This document shows, one piece after another, positions 48,826-59,478 of a stretch of DNA of 64,000 bases (positions within the stretch are counted from its first letter, which is position 1; each line of letters begins with the position of its first letter). Where the stretch lies: contig CAVRUH010000007.1 of NCBI GenBank assembly GCA_963724325.1, forward strand, positions 224,001-288,000, written 5' to 3'. A program made the position numbers and the translations under genes. Below the pieces are notes generated by a model. It was not told where the DNA came from and searched no databases. It saw nothing but the letters and a program-made list of their open reading frames with translations. The DNA is from Waddliaceae bacterium (lineage in GTDB: Bacteria; Chlamydiota; Chlamydiia; Chlamydiales; Waddliaceae).

Positions 48826-51800
48826 TTAGGCATCCATGATATCCATGATGTCCATTTGATCCATGTTTGTCTTATAGACTTGGTTGGCGGTGACACCATC
48901 GCGGCGGAGGTGGTATAACAAATCGAAGAGTTTCTTTTTCTCTACGGTATCGGGAGAAAATCCTGAATTCGAGCAGTTCAAGAATTTAAGCTGAGAAAAA
49001 GTAGATTCATTCTCGACGACATATTGTGGTCTTCCTACGACGACTTCGCCATTGATGTGGTATAGGGAGATGTCCATAACATTTTTATTTTTTAATATGT
49101 ATTCGGCGAAGGTGTCTGCTTCATGATCATCGACTACTAAATATTTCTTCATGACACGAAGAACATATTTAATCCTGGGGAAAAATCGGCAGAGTATCAC
49201 GAAGTCTGGGGAACCATATTCGGGGACATTCCCTTTAGAGGCTAAAAAATTACTGGTGAAGTAGATTGTTGGGGAAAATCCATCTAGGGGAAATACTCTT
49301 CTCAGTTGGCTGCCGGCATAGACATCTTTTATGATGATGTGCAGGCTATTGCTGATGGATTGCATGGCTTCCGAAAGAATAATTGATTCGGCATCGAGGT
49401 ATGTTGGTTGGAAGATTCTATGAGGGTCTATCACTTGCTCGTGGGATTCACAGGCAACTTGTTGCTCAGAAGTTTGGCTAAAGTTATGGCAGGAGGAAAC
49501 AAGGACATCATCGGGTAGAAGATCGCAGGCCTTTTTTAAAAGAGCTTCGATTTTTAGGCATCCTTCATTTCCAAGGAGTGGTTTATATTTCTCTTTAAAA
49601 TGAAGAGCAGATAAATTCAGTAATTGTTTGGCGCTTATAGGTTTTTCTAAGCTGGAATCGTTGACATATTGATCGTGTTTTAATCGTTCAAAAACAATGT
49701 CAAAATTCTCTTTTTGAAGGGTTTTAGTGCAATTTTCTATTAGGGATTTCCTGCATTCTTGGAGCATGAGTTCTTGGAAAATAGAAGGAATCACTTTTTC
49801 AAGTTCTTTTCCTTCGTGACCGAGCGCCCATAGGCAGATATTAGAAAGTTCTCGGGACCCAATTTCATCGGCGATTTCTCTAGTAATTACAAGTATAATT
49901 TCTTGAGTGTCCCCCCATCCCCGCATGCGTTCGCAGGCTTGATATAAAGTGGTGAATGGCATTTTGGTGGTGATTAGGACTATGCCGATTCCATTTTGGG
50001 GTTTTTCACTATGGTGACCTATACAGTGTGATTGGTCGTTGTACCAAAGGATGGTGTTTATAGGGTCTGTGTTTTCTAGGTAGAGGGTTGACTCTCCGGT
50101 TCGATTTATGACCATGAGCTGGTTGCTTTTGAGATCAAAATAGGCTGCCACATTGATATTTATTGGTGCATATGAGAGCATTTCTAAGGCAACATCGCGA
50201 TTGTTTATTCCTCGGAAAAAGGCTCCGGGGTCTAAAATGCAACACACTCCTTTCTTGCTGACAATTTTTTTTAATTCAATTTTCTCGACGCAGAGGACTT
50301 TTGTGAAGTCGGAATTGATTATATTTCGTAAGTAGTCGGATTTTGGGGATTTGTCGAAGAAATAATGGATGTCGTTGGGGTAATGGACGCTATTGGATAT
50401 TGTGGCTGACATTCCGATCCAATTGTCAAAAATATTGAGAAGATCGTATCCTGTGGAGTGATATTTTGTGGCATCTACAGTGATGCTAGGAAGGATGTAG
50501 TTTCTAAGCATGTAGACGATTGCTTTATCATCATGTTTGAGTGAATGTAGGTAAAATGCCATCTCATCGGGGTTGTTGATAGGAAGATGGTTGAGGGATA
50601 GTGGAGGTGCATTTATCCTTTTTGTAAGGCTGTCAAAAAACTGTTGTGCTTGCGTTTCTTTTGAGACTCTCTGTTCTGCATAGTTTTGAAGCCTTAAATT
50701 TGTAAGAAGTTGTAGAACTTGTTCATCTTTAAGGCCTATTTCGAAGTACATTTGGATGGTTAGATTGATTTTGGTTTCATAGAAAGAGTAAGATGAGCTT
50801 TCCGAAGGAATGTTATTCGCTTTATAGGGGATTGCAATTGATGATTTTGAGGTGGGCCCATAGTCGACAAAACACCGTAGGCCTGTTGAGAATGGAATAT
50901 ACTTTGTGATTTGTGCACGAGCTATTTGCAATTGAACCTTTGTGTTACGATTCTGTGTTATCCACCATTGATGCAATCTATCCCTATCCTTATCGGATAT
51001 TTTTTCGGAAATTGCATTAAGATACTGAACGCAGGTATTAACTTCATCAGCGCTCACAATTCTTTGCGCTAATTTGGTGATATAGTCTCCGTTAGTTTTT
51101 TTTAATGCATAAATCATGAGCGGGATCACATATCTCTCTTCTGGCATGGTTACCTGTTCGTTTGTCCCATAATTGAGCTCCCAAAGGGCTTTCAGGATCT
51201 CGTGAATTTCATCACCGAGCATTAAACACTTGGACTTGAACATTTTGAAAATTTCAATTAATTCCGCTGCTTCACTCGAATTTTTGTTGAGGGCGCTGAG
51301 GTATCTCAGAACAAGGGATTGGAGGTCGTATGGCGTGGTGATCATGATGACCCTATGTTTTTGACAATAAATAATTTGATCAATGATCTTTTTATAGGAT
51401 CCCGACACGCTGAATTTAAGAACATCGACCGGATGTCCGGTCAGTTTCCACGAGTGGCGATTCACGATATTTATATGTGTCTCAAAATGTTCCTGTGGTA
51501 CTACGTTAATTATTACTTTATCTGAAATTTCATTTATTAAATATGTAAGGATGTTGGTTTTACCTGCTCCACAGGGGAGGCACAATACAAGGTTTTTTTT
51601 GCTTTCAATGACCGGTATTAATTCAATTTGGTTGGGATGAAGAGTAATTCCAGTTTTATATTCAAAATAAGCAATGCGTGGGTCTAATGAGGTGTCGCCA
51701 ATGTAGTTCAGAAGGGCATTTTTAAGAGCTTTTGCTTGGGGTGTGAAATCATTATTAATCACAAGCCACCCAAATGCCGTTGAAATATCTAGTTGATCGC

Positions 51801-54800
51801 GTTCTTCAGATACAAGTAGACGTTCATAGTGGATTTTTCCTATGGAAGAAAGATGGTTCCACTCATTGAGATATCTTTCTACGTGAAACTGAACCGTGGC
51901 ACGACTTTTTGATGTAGATATTAATCGGTGAGGGAGTGAAGGCGCCATTCTCGCTCTTGCGCAACCCTCCATTAGGTTATTGATAAGTTGTTTTCCTATC
52001 GGAAAGTCGAGTTTTCCATCGAATATAAATGTTGAAGCCTTGGTAAAATGTGTTGGAATATTAATTGTTCTTTCAATTTGCATGGGCTGTAAGGGCTGCG
52101 CTCCCTTGAGAAAACATTCAATGCGAACATAATCATCCATCCTTCCGTGGCTTTTACCTAATGTGACAGCGTAACCAGTTGGATTTTCTTCGGGAGATAT
52201 CATTTTTCTCTGGACATCATGAATTGGATGCACTGAAAAGATGGTTGCCTCAAGCATTTGATGCAAGGTAAAAGTGGCAATTCGAAGATCGTTTTTTGAA
52301 ATTTGTTGAAATGCAATTTTTTGTTCCGAAGTGAACAAGATTCCCAATTCCTTTAATGGAATAGTCATGATTTTTAAGAAATCCTTTAAACAACTTTTTT
52401 CTTCAGCTTGTGTTAAGCAAGAGGATTCTAGCATCTTATCATGGAGAGCCTCAATAGAGGGGCCATCATTTTTTAAATAAAAGCAAATGAAGAAATAGAC
52501 ATGATCCAGCCAACTGTTTGTAAAAAAATGCATTGGCGTTGTTGCTAGTGGCTTTTCTGGGTCAAAGGAGGAGGATAATTCAGGATATTTGATGTCTTTA
52601 TAGTTTGAGATGCTGGTTCCGATCAAATTTTTGTATGTGGGTTTGCAATACCAAGTTAGATTTTCCTGATGAAATGCATGAGGGATATAATCGCTACTGA
52701 GACTTAGCCTAAGGGCGCCGGTGGTATTTGTAAATCTCTTGATATAATGACTGTATATGGCCTCGACATTCTTTCCCATTGTATAAAAAAGAGGGGACTG
52801 TTTGCACAAGTAGATAAATTGCATCAAAAATGCATATAAATCTGGCTCTTTGTTGTAGATTATTATATCTATGATGCGTGTGATCATAGTTTTCTCTGCT
52901 TTATTCGGCCCATAATATTTCGGTATAATTGTGAAATATTTGATTGCTTGTCGATATTGTCGCGCCCGTAAAAAAATATAGACTAAAAACAACATTCCAG
53001 TACGGCTTCCTTCAAAAAGATCATTTGATGACTTACGAACTAGAACAAAAGTCCTAGGACGTGTATTTGGATCATTTCCTGGGGCTATTTTAGGGAATAA
53101 AAAATTCTTAGAGGTTTCAAGATTGTCTTCTCGGAGAATGAAAATTTCATTTTTTTTTAAGTTTGTTAAGAGGATTCCTATTCCAGCAAAATAGGCAGGA
53201 ATATCAACAGAATAGGCGGTGTAAAAATAACCTGGATATTGTTCATTTTGTAATTCCGTTCCCCATATTTTAAAACTTATCCTAAGCCGGGGAAATTCAA
53301 CTCTTTCAACGCGTCCAGCTTGTGTATAGCCCCATAGGTGTATAAATTCTTTATGTTCCAAATTTTCCATTAAGTGATCAAGGTGAGAAATTTTTTTGTT
53401 ATATTGAGTCATTAAAATTAAATTATTTTTCAAATCCTTGCATATGGAAGTGAGCCCATTAACATAAAAACGGCAGTTTGTGTCTACATCAAGGATATAT
53501 ATAAAAGGTTGATCAACGTTTTGCCAAGCTTCGTAATTTCTTGCCTTAAATATTGGAACTAAATTGGCTGATTTATTATTAATACGCTGATAGTTTCCTT
53601 TTATAATAGGTGTCTGAAGTTTTTCTTTTAACTCATCATCACTAATCAGCTCCTTTTTATCTGGACTCAATAAGGTACGTTGAGGTATCTTGCCCGAGTA
53701 AAATACTCCAGTTGTCAAGTACAAATATTTGTCTTCATAGAATTCAATACATCCAATTAATGGATTGTATTTAAGTATCTTCAACGATTTTTCAATGAGA
53801 TTATGTTTTTTTAGAATCTTGATTAAAGTCTCTAAAGTTTCAGCTGGAATCACTTTTTTAGGTTCACCATTGATCAAACGAATTTGATAGTGTTCCTCTG
53901 CTTTTTCAATATCAAGAGCTGTACATACGTGGGCAAATAGGACATATGCGTCATCCCGTTTTTGATAAAGATTGATTAAACTTAACCAAAAACCCTTTGG
54001 TATGGTTTTTGCGTGTAAAATGAGTTCTATTATTTTATTTTGTGAGAGTAAGCGAGCTTTCACGTTTTCCGGAGCGAACTTATGTGTAAAATATATGATG
54101 TTAAATCCACGCGATAGGAGGTGTAAGTTTCCTGAATTCTTAGCATCAATTAACGTTTGTTCAATTAATTTGCATAATTTTATTTTTAAGTGTTCAGATT
54201 CTTTGTCATCTAGTTTAAAGCGAGGAGGAAGACCCACCCTATAAAATAGATTCCTTTCTAAACTTTTATACTCTGCTTCTGTATTAAGAAGGTCAGGGTG
54301 TTCCTCCCAATATTTGAGAATATCAAAAATTCTAATAGTTCTTAAAGTGTCAGACAATTTACTGCCAATTCGCCTTTTTTCCACGGCAGCTTTATATTCA
54401 ACCATGAAGTGCTTGGAGACCACTTCTTTTGTATGAGTTTCACATAAAATATATTGTCCTTCAGGTCTCAAACCATCATTAATAAATCGTATCGTATTTT
54501 TCTTTCCTGTTTTAGAACCACTGTATGTCGATATTGCAAAGTTCAGCAGCTCTTTAAAATCTGGGTGCCCATCCTCCGTAAATAGCTTTTGGAATATCAT
54601 GTTTGGGTCTGTTTGAATCTCCCAAATTTTTTCCTCTGACAAGTTGGGAAATAATCGACCTATCCATGTAACCAAAGGAAAGGTTTCTTTTTTTTTTAAC
54701 GGATATGACGGAATAAGTATCAATATGCTCTTTTTATTTCCAATCGTCCCTATATTGAATTGTAAAATGCTCTCACATTCACTTACTGGCTGATACAGGC

Positions 54801-56148
54801 CGTAGATGTCGTTCAAGGTCATTAAATCCCTTGAATCAGAGATAAAATGATGCGGAAGCAGCATAATTTCAGGAGGAAATAACTTGTACTTTAACAAATC
54901 AATACTATACTTTTCCTTCCATATTGTATTGACGGCTAATATGTAAGAATAAAATAACTTTAAACGGAGGATGAAGTCTGTTGGCTCTGGACTTTCACTA
55001 CTTGTGGAGTTCAATATTCCCAAAAGTGCAAGTAGTGTTTCAGATTGAATTTTTGCTCCAGATGATTGCAGCGGGAGCGATCGTATTGCCTCGCGGCAAA
55101 AATGATATAATTCTAGAGTTCTTCCATATTTTTTCAATAAACGACAATGATTAACAGCATTATCTAAGGGTATTTCACCACCTATACAATCGAAATTTGA
55201 ATTCTGATGCACCGGCTTTTCTATCAAAGGACAGCTTTCATTCAGATTCGGGATTACATTCTGAATATCCCAATGATATTTCCAGCTCAGCTCATTCAAT
55301 GTTTTAGCCCGCTTTGTCTCAAATATTAAAATCTCATCGCGCAATCCACGAAGCTTTTTAACCTCACAGGTATATACCACATCATGGATTATTCCGCGGT
55401 TAAGATATTTTGCTAGGCTGCGCGCGTGGCTTTGCACCCCCCTGTGAAACAATAGAACATCATGATAGTCTTGACTCAACAATGTCATTTTAAATTGCTG
55501 TTTCAATATTTGATAATCCCTATTAGGCATATTGAGCTTGCAAAAACGTAAAGCAGTCTTAAACCAACAACTGCCTGAGTCCATTGCAGCTGAGAATTCA
55601 GCATCATCATTCGAAGAATAATCGACAAGTACTCCAGCGGCTAATTTACCTTTAACATATTCATAAAGGCTGCTTCCCGTCCAATATTCCTGGCTAAATT
55701 CTGGTTTTTTCTCATACATATCCTTGAGATACTCCCAGAAACGTAGATGTGCCAATTGTTTTAAGGGAATATTGCGAAGGGTATATTTTGGATAATTCTT
55801 AAACATGTGATCAATCCGCTTGAGTACATGGTATTCAAGACCATCACCTGAATTATACATGGAAAATGTGCCCGACTTTGGGTCAGCTTCATAAATAATC
55901 GAATGGGATGGCCTTCCAAACCATCCCCCTAGAGAGACTACACGTTCTTGGCTTTGAAGTTTATCTACGATTTCCTGGGGAGTCAATTTAACCAAGCATT
56001 GTTTGAGATCGATGATGAGTTGATTTGGCATCAGCTTAGAAAATCCCAGGAGGAATTTTATTGCATCTTCATCCCTTCCGCCTTCATACTTTGTGTTATA
56101 ACTATATCTGTCGCATGTTGCTGCTGCAAAAAGTTTCGTAGCATCCAT
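48826..56148 (-). CDS. Giant protein (2440 aa) with a C-terminal SF2 helicase-like (DUF3638-type) ATPase region and a possible N-terminal cysteine-protease-like domain
   Basis: LHPNQ, LPCGAGKT, LGDEIH, GMSAT, QACERMR motifs; N-terminal SHSII...YNSGDG...SGSCW. Confidence 0.7.
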   Translation of the reverse strand: MDATKLFAAATCDRYSYNTKYEGGRDEDAIKFLLGFSKLMPNQLIIDLKQCLVKLTPQEIVDKLQSQERVVSLGGWFGRPSHSIIYEADPKSGTFSMYNSGDGLEYHVLKRIDHMFKNYPKYTLRNIPLKQLAHLRFWEYLKDMYEKKPEFSQEYWTGSSLYEYVKGKLAAGVLVDYSSNDDAEFSAAMDSGSCWFKTALRFCKLNMPNRDYQILKQQFKMTLLSQDYHDVLLFHRGVQSHARSLAKYLNRGIIHDVVYTCEVKKLRGLRDEILIFETKRAKTLNELSWKYHWDIQNVIPNLNESCPLIEKPVHQNSNFDCIGGEIPLDNAVNHCRLLKKYGRTLELYHFCREAIRSLPLQSSGAKIQSETLLALLGILNSTSSESPEPTDFILRLKLFYSYILAVNTIWKEKYSIDLLKYKLFPPEIMLLPHHFISDSRDLMTLNDIYGLYQPVSECESILQFNIGTIGNKKSILILIPSYPLKKKETFPLVTWIGRLFPNLSEEKIWEIQTDPNMIFQKLFTEDGHPDFKELLNFAISTYSGSKTGKKNTIRFINDGLRPEGQYILCETHTKEVVSKHFMVEYKAAVEKRRIGSKLSDTLRTIRIFDILKYWEEHPDLLNTEAEYKSLERNLFYRVGLPPRFKLDDKESEHLKIKLCKLIEQTLIDAKNSGNLHLLSRGFNIIYFTHKFAPENVKARLLSQNKIIELILHAKTIPKGFWLSLINLYQKRDDAYVLFAHVCTALDIEKAEEHYQIRLINGEPKKVIPAETLETLIKILKKHNLIEKSLKILKYNPLIGCIEFYEDKYLYLTTGVFYSGKIPQRTLLSPDKKELISDDELKEKLQTPIIKGNYQRINNKSANLVPIFKARNYEAWQNVDQPFIYILDVDTNCRFYVNGLTSICKDLKNNLILMTQYNKKISHLDHLMENLEHKEFIHLWGYTQAGRVERVEFPRLRISFKIWGTELQNEQYPGYFYTAYSVDIPAYFAGIGILLTNLKKNEIFILREDNLETSKNFLFPKIAPGNDPNTRPRTFVLVRKSSNDLFEGSRTGMLFLVYIFLRARQYRQAIKYFTIIPKYYGPNKAEKTMITRIIDIIIYNKEPDLYAFLMQFIYLCKQSPLFYTMGKNVEAIYSHYIKRFTNTTGALRLSLSSDYIPHAFHQENLTWYCKPTYKNLIGTSISNYKDIKYPELSSSFDPEKPLATTPMHFFTNSWLDHVYFFICFYLKNDGPSIEALHDKMLESSCLTQAEEKSCLKDFLKIMTIPLKELGILFTSEQKIAFQQISKNDLRIATFTLHQMLEATIFSVHPIHDVQRKMISPEENPTGYAVTLGKSHGRMDDYVRIECFLKGAQPLQPMQIERTINIPTHFTKASTFIFDGKLDFPIGKQLINNLMEGCARARMAPSLPHRLISTSKSRATVQFHVERYLNEWNHLSSIGKIHYERLLVSEERDQLDISTAFGWLVINNDFTPQAKALKNALLNYIGDTSLDPRIAYFEYKTGITLHPNQIELIPVIESKKNLVLCLPCGAGKTNILTYLINEISDKVIINVVPQEHFETHINIVNRHSWKLTGHPVDVLKFSVSGSYKKIIDQIIYCQKHRVIMITTPYDLQSLVLRYLSALNKNSSEAAELIEIFKMFKSKCLMLGDEIHEILKALWELNYGTNEQVTMPEERYVIPLMIYALKKTNGDYITKLAQRIVSADEVNTCVQYLNAISEKISDKDRDRLHQWWITQNRNTKVQLQIARAQITKYIPFSTGLRCFVDYGPTSKSSIAIPYKANNIPSESSSYSFYETKINLTIQMYFEIGLKDEQVLQLLTNLRLQNYAEQRVSKETQAQQFFDSLTKRINAPPLSLNHLPINNPDEMAFYLHSLKHDDKAIVYMLRNYILPSITVDATKYHSTGYDLLNIFDNWIGMSATISNSVHYPNDIHYFFDKSPKSDYLRNIINSDFTKVLCVEKIELKKIVSKKGVCCILDPGAFFRGINNRDVALEMLSYAPININVAAYFDLKSNQLMVINRTGESTLYLENTDPINTILWYNDQSHCIGHHSEKPQNGIGIVLITTKMPFTTLYQACERMRGWGDTQEIILVITREIADEIGSRELSNICLWALGHEGKELEKVIPSIFQELMLQECRKSLIENCTKTLQKENFDIVFERLKHDQYVNDSSLEKPISAKQLLNLSALHFKEKYKPLLGNEGCLKIEALLKKACDLLPDDVLVSSCHNFSQTSEQQVACESHEQVIDPHRIFQPTYLDAESIILSEAMQSISNSLHIIIKDVYAGSQLRRVFPLDGFSPTIYFTSNFLASKGNVPEYGSPDFVILCRFFPRIKYVLRVMKKYLVVDDHEADTFAEYILKNKNVMDISLYHINGEVVVGRPQYVVENESTFSQLKFLNCSNSGFSPDTVEKKKLFDLLYHLRRDGVTANQVYKTNMDQMDIMDIMDA

Positions 56149-56188
56149 GAATACCAGCCTCTATTAAACAAAATTCGATCCTAAGGTA

Positions 56189-57376
56189 TTATGGATATAT
56201 TTGTAAAAGGTTTGCTAAATCAGGGTATTTTTGATGCATGAGATTATCTATGGTTTTAAAAACCTCTATTGCAGAGGGACGCTTCCGGTAGTCGTCTCGC
56301 TTCATAGATTCTATGAATGGCCATAGCTCATTCAAAAGATTACCCCGCGCATACTTTAGACGTTCTGTCATGACCACACCCAAAGAATAGACATCTCTAG
56401 CCATTTCCAAGGCAATAATAGCGGGTTTGTCATTTTCTAGTACTAAACTTTTTCCTATTTGCGAGTCTATGTGTAAAGTATATATATCGGTTGACATGCG
56501 GCCCACGGCCGCCACAAATTGTACAAGAGGTATATCATCATCTTCGCATCGTGCTTCTCCGAAATCTGCTATAAACAAATTATTCATGCCATCTTTTTTA
56601 CGTACTAATATGTTGTTTGCACCTAAGTCTCCATGTGTTATGCCATAGATTACTAAGTGACATAGAGCAGAAGCAAGTTGATAAAATTCAAATAATACCA
56701 CCTCTTCACTTGGAGATTTATTGGTGTTTATCTCGTCCCAGTAGTTATGATCATATCTGGGACCGACGTAGCCATATTTATTCACCATTGTTGAAAGATC
56801 ATCTTTTATCTTCATAACTTGAAGGTTATACAATCCATATGGCTTTTCCTGGATTCCCAAAACAGCGCCCTTTTGATGAATTATTGATAAAATTCTACAT
56901 TCATTTTCGATTTGCTCCCTGGTTCTATTATAGGGGATCAAGTAATTGCCTTTTCTTGCTTTCTTGAACACTCCGGCAACTGAATCTACTAGATCCATAA
57001 AAAGGTAAATGCGAGCATTGGATCCATATGCTAATCGTTTGATTAGATACTTTTTGTCTCTCTTAGAATCGCACCAAAATTTAAACGATTTTTTATCCTG
57101 ATTAGCATTGTTGAAGGCGGTCTCAAGCCCAGATTTGATTTCCATGTCAAGAAACCCTGTGCAGAATTTTGTCTTATTAAAAAACAATTTTCCCTCGACG
57201 ACATGATAATGTTTGAGGATGTGTTGATAAAGTTCTTCATGATTTGGCGGCTGCATGGATTTAAAAATTTTATTAAATAGTCGTGTAAGCCAATTATTAG
57301 TTTTTTTCTTTTGTTTTTGAACAGGGAGGGCTTCGATCATCAATCCTGAATATCTATCAGAAAATACGGGGTCCAT
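56189..57376 (-). CDS. Eukaryotic-type protein kinase, probable effector
   Basis: LAYGSNARIY, VFKK, ENEC, HGDLGANNIL, ADFG, DVYSLG, RPSA. Confidence 0.85.
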   Translation of the reverse strand: MDPVFSDRYSGLMIEALPVQKQKKKTNNWLTRLFNKIFKSMQPPNHEELYQHILKHYHVVEGKLFFNKTKFCTGFLDMEIKSGLETAFNNANQDKKSFKFWCDSKRDKKYLIKRLAYGSNARIYLFMDLVDSVAGVFKKARKGNYLIPYNRTREQIENECRILSIIHQKGAVLGIQEKPYGLYNLQVMKIKDDLSTMVNKYGYVGPRYDHNYWDEINTNKSPSEEVVLFEFYQLASALCHLVIYGITHGDLGANNILVRKKDGMNNLFIADFGEARCEDDDIPLVQFVAAVGRMSTDIYTLHIDSQIGKSLVLENDKPAIIALEMARDVYSLGVVMTERLKYARGNLLNELWPFIESMKRDDYRKRPSAIEVFKTIDNLMHQKYPDLANLLQIYP

Positions 57377-57434
57377 AAAACATCCAATATAATTTCTTAA
57401 ACCTATATAAGATAAAGGATTTATTTACACGAAA

Positions 57435-58988
57435 TTATATTTGTTGAACTTCCCAACCATCTATGGTACGCTGCTGACCATTAAAGTTGATTCCAACTAA
57501 ATAAATCGGAAGATTGTGATAGCGATAAATTTGATAATATTTTTTAAGCATAATTTGATCCATTGCCGATTGTGCAGTAGCGTTGCATTTGAACTCAAAA
57601 ATAATTATTTTATCTTTTGCCTCTAATGCAGCATCCGTGCGCCCTTGTTGAGTATGAATTTCGGCGCCAATCTGGAACCCCGCAAGTTTAATAGTGAGAT
57701 AGAAGAGGCTATGAAAATACTTTTCGTGTTTTACATAGAGATCATAGGGAATCAATTCAAATAATCTGCCCATGATTTCAAAAAATTGAACACTGTCCCA
57801 TATAGGTCCATTTAAATTTGTAGATATATCGAATAATAATTTGCTGCATTCCGCTTTGGATTTTGCAAATGTTGTGAGTAAACTTTCAGAAAAAGATTGG
57901 CTAACTTCGCGATTGGGAAATCCAAGGCAGTAGGCAGAAATATCAGGCAAAAACGTTTTAATCGTTAGGTATCCGGTCTGGTAAAGCAGGGGAAGGGTTG
58001 GAAGTTCTTCAATATCGAACGAGCTAAATCCCATAGCACTAACATTAATTTGCTCTAGGTTGGATAAGTCGAATTCGCGCTTTTTCAGTAGCTCTATTAA
58101 AAAAACAGGGGTTCCTGTTTCAAACCAATGTGCTGCAAAGTCTTTTGAATCGAATAGTTTTAAAGTGGAGAATGGATTATAAACACGTTCACCATGCTTT
58201 GAGAACAGGTAACCGTTATACCATTCTTTAATCTGATCGTAGCAAGTTTCAATAGAGAGTTCGTTTGCCTTGGCTACATCCTGAATCTCATTTGCAAAAT
58301 AACGTTCTAGTTCATCGCGGGTGTAACCTAATAATACGCTGTAATCATTTGATAGTGTTAAGTCATTTAAATTGTTAAGACCCGAGAAAACAGAAACCTT
58401 TGAAAATTTCGTAACACCAGTTAAGAAAATAAATTTTAAATGTCGATCTTCGGCTTTTAAAATAGTATAAAATTCCCTCAGAATTTCCCGATTTGCCTGG
58501 GCAATTTCCATGTTGTCTAATCGGTCGATTAATGGTTTATCATATTCATCGATTAGAACGACGACTTTTTGTTTCACCGATAGTTGATTTATCAAATTTT
58601 CAAGGCGATTGGCTGCAGATAAACCAGTTAAACTATAATGATGTTGTGTGGCAATGTCATCTAACACTCTAATTAAATCTAGCTCGAATCTTTCTGGAGT
58701 TCGATTATTAACGGTGGACATGTCGATGCGAATGACAGGATATTCCGTCCAATCCCAGTCACTTTTATCGATCCATAGTCCTTTGAAAAGATCGCGTCTT
58801 CCTGAAAAAAGGGCATGAAATGTGGATACTAAAAGCGATTTCCCAAAACGTCTAGGACGCGAAAGGAAGTATGGGATTCCCTGTGTGATGATCTGATAGA
58901 TGTATTTGGTTTTGTCAACATAAGTATACCCACCGGAGATTATGGATTCAAAATCCTGGATTCCTAAGGGGAGTTTTGCTTTTGCCAT
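57435..58988 (-). CDS. AAA-ATPase-like protein with a C-terminal PD-(D/E)xK nuclease domain
   Basis: SRPRRFGKSL, LIDEYDKP, GRTD...IFEFK. Confidence 0.9.
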   Translation of the reverse strand: MAKAKLPLGIQDFESIISGGYTYVDKTKYIYQIITQGIPYFLSRPRRFGKSLLVSTFHALFSGRRDLFKGLWIDKSDWDWTEYPVIRIDMSTVNNRTPERFELDLIRVLDDIATQHHYSLTGLSAANRLENLINQLSVKQKVVVLIDEYDKPLIDRLDNMEIAQANREILREFYTILKAEDRHLKFIFLTGVTKFSKVSVFSGLNNLNDLTLSNDYSVLLGYTRDELERYFANEIQDVAKANELSIETCYDQIKEWYNGYLFSKHGERVYNPFSTLKLFDSKDFAAHWFETGTPVFLIELLKKREFDLSNLEQINVSAMGFSSFDIEELPTLPLLYQTGYLTIKTFLPDISAYCLGFPNREVSQSFSESLLTTFAKSKAECSKLLFDISTNLNGPIWDSVQFFEIMGRLFELIPYDLYVKHEKYFHSLFYLTIKLAGFQIGAEIHTQQGRTDAALEAKDKIIIFEFKCNATAQSAMDQIMLKKYYQIYRYHNLPIYLVGINFNGQQRTIDGWEVQQI

Positions 58989-59067
58989 AAATTTTAGTAA
59001 TTTCTTTGTTAAAAAACTCAGTATAACACATAAGCACTAGCCAAGACAATCCAAATTTAAATACATT

Positions 59068-59478
59068 CTATTCCAAAAAACGGCCTTTGTAGTTCTCGTT
59101 TGGGAGGCGGCAGACATCTTGCTTGAAGAGCTTGTGACGTTTTCGCGCCACTAGTCTGTAGCCCCAATTATAGAGATAGTCTGGAAAGAAATTTATTATT
59201 CCTAATACCGACCAAAGGCCGCCCATCAGCCAAAGGATCCGAAAGGCACCTTTACCAAGCATGTAAAATTTTTCACCAGGGACGTTGTAGTTTTCTATCA
59301 AAATTAAACTGTCCTCGCCCTTCATCTCATCAGGGAGATATTGCAATTCGATGCTGGCAGTCTTCCCTTGTAAAGGAGCAAATAGAAAAACAGATTTCTT
59401 ATCATGTTTTAAGAGGAATTCCACCACATGGTCGCAAAGGCCGCAACTTCCATCATAAAACACAAGATGTTTCATCAC
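59068..59478 (-). CDS. DCC-family (DUF393) thiol-disulfide oxidoreductase-like protein
   Basis: VFYDGSCGLC, FAPLQG, YRLVARKR. Confidence 0.85.
   Translation of the reverse strand: MMKHLVFYDGSCGLCDHVVEFLLKHDKKSVFLFAPLQGKTASIELQYLPDEMKGEDSLILIENYNVPGEKFYMLGKGAFRILWLMGGLWSVLGIINFFPDYLYNWGYRLVARKRHKLFKQDVCRLPNENYKGRFLE

Noticed and set aside
48831..48865. 9-bp micro-repeat encoding MDQMDIMDIMDA at the end of the giant protein
   Set aside because: Short slippage repeat with no evidence of function.
48573..48899. Short ORFs built from repeats (also 8121-8312, 35173-35397, 37197-37442 and the N-terminal extension 46284-46391)
   Set aside because: They share repeat-derived peptides such as RSCISCYF and TGYAGSQ or run across repeat units; likely translation artefacts.
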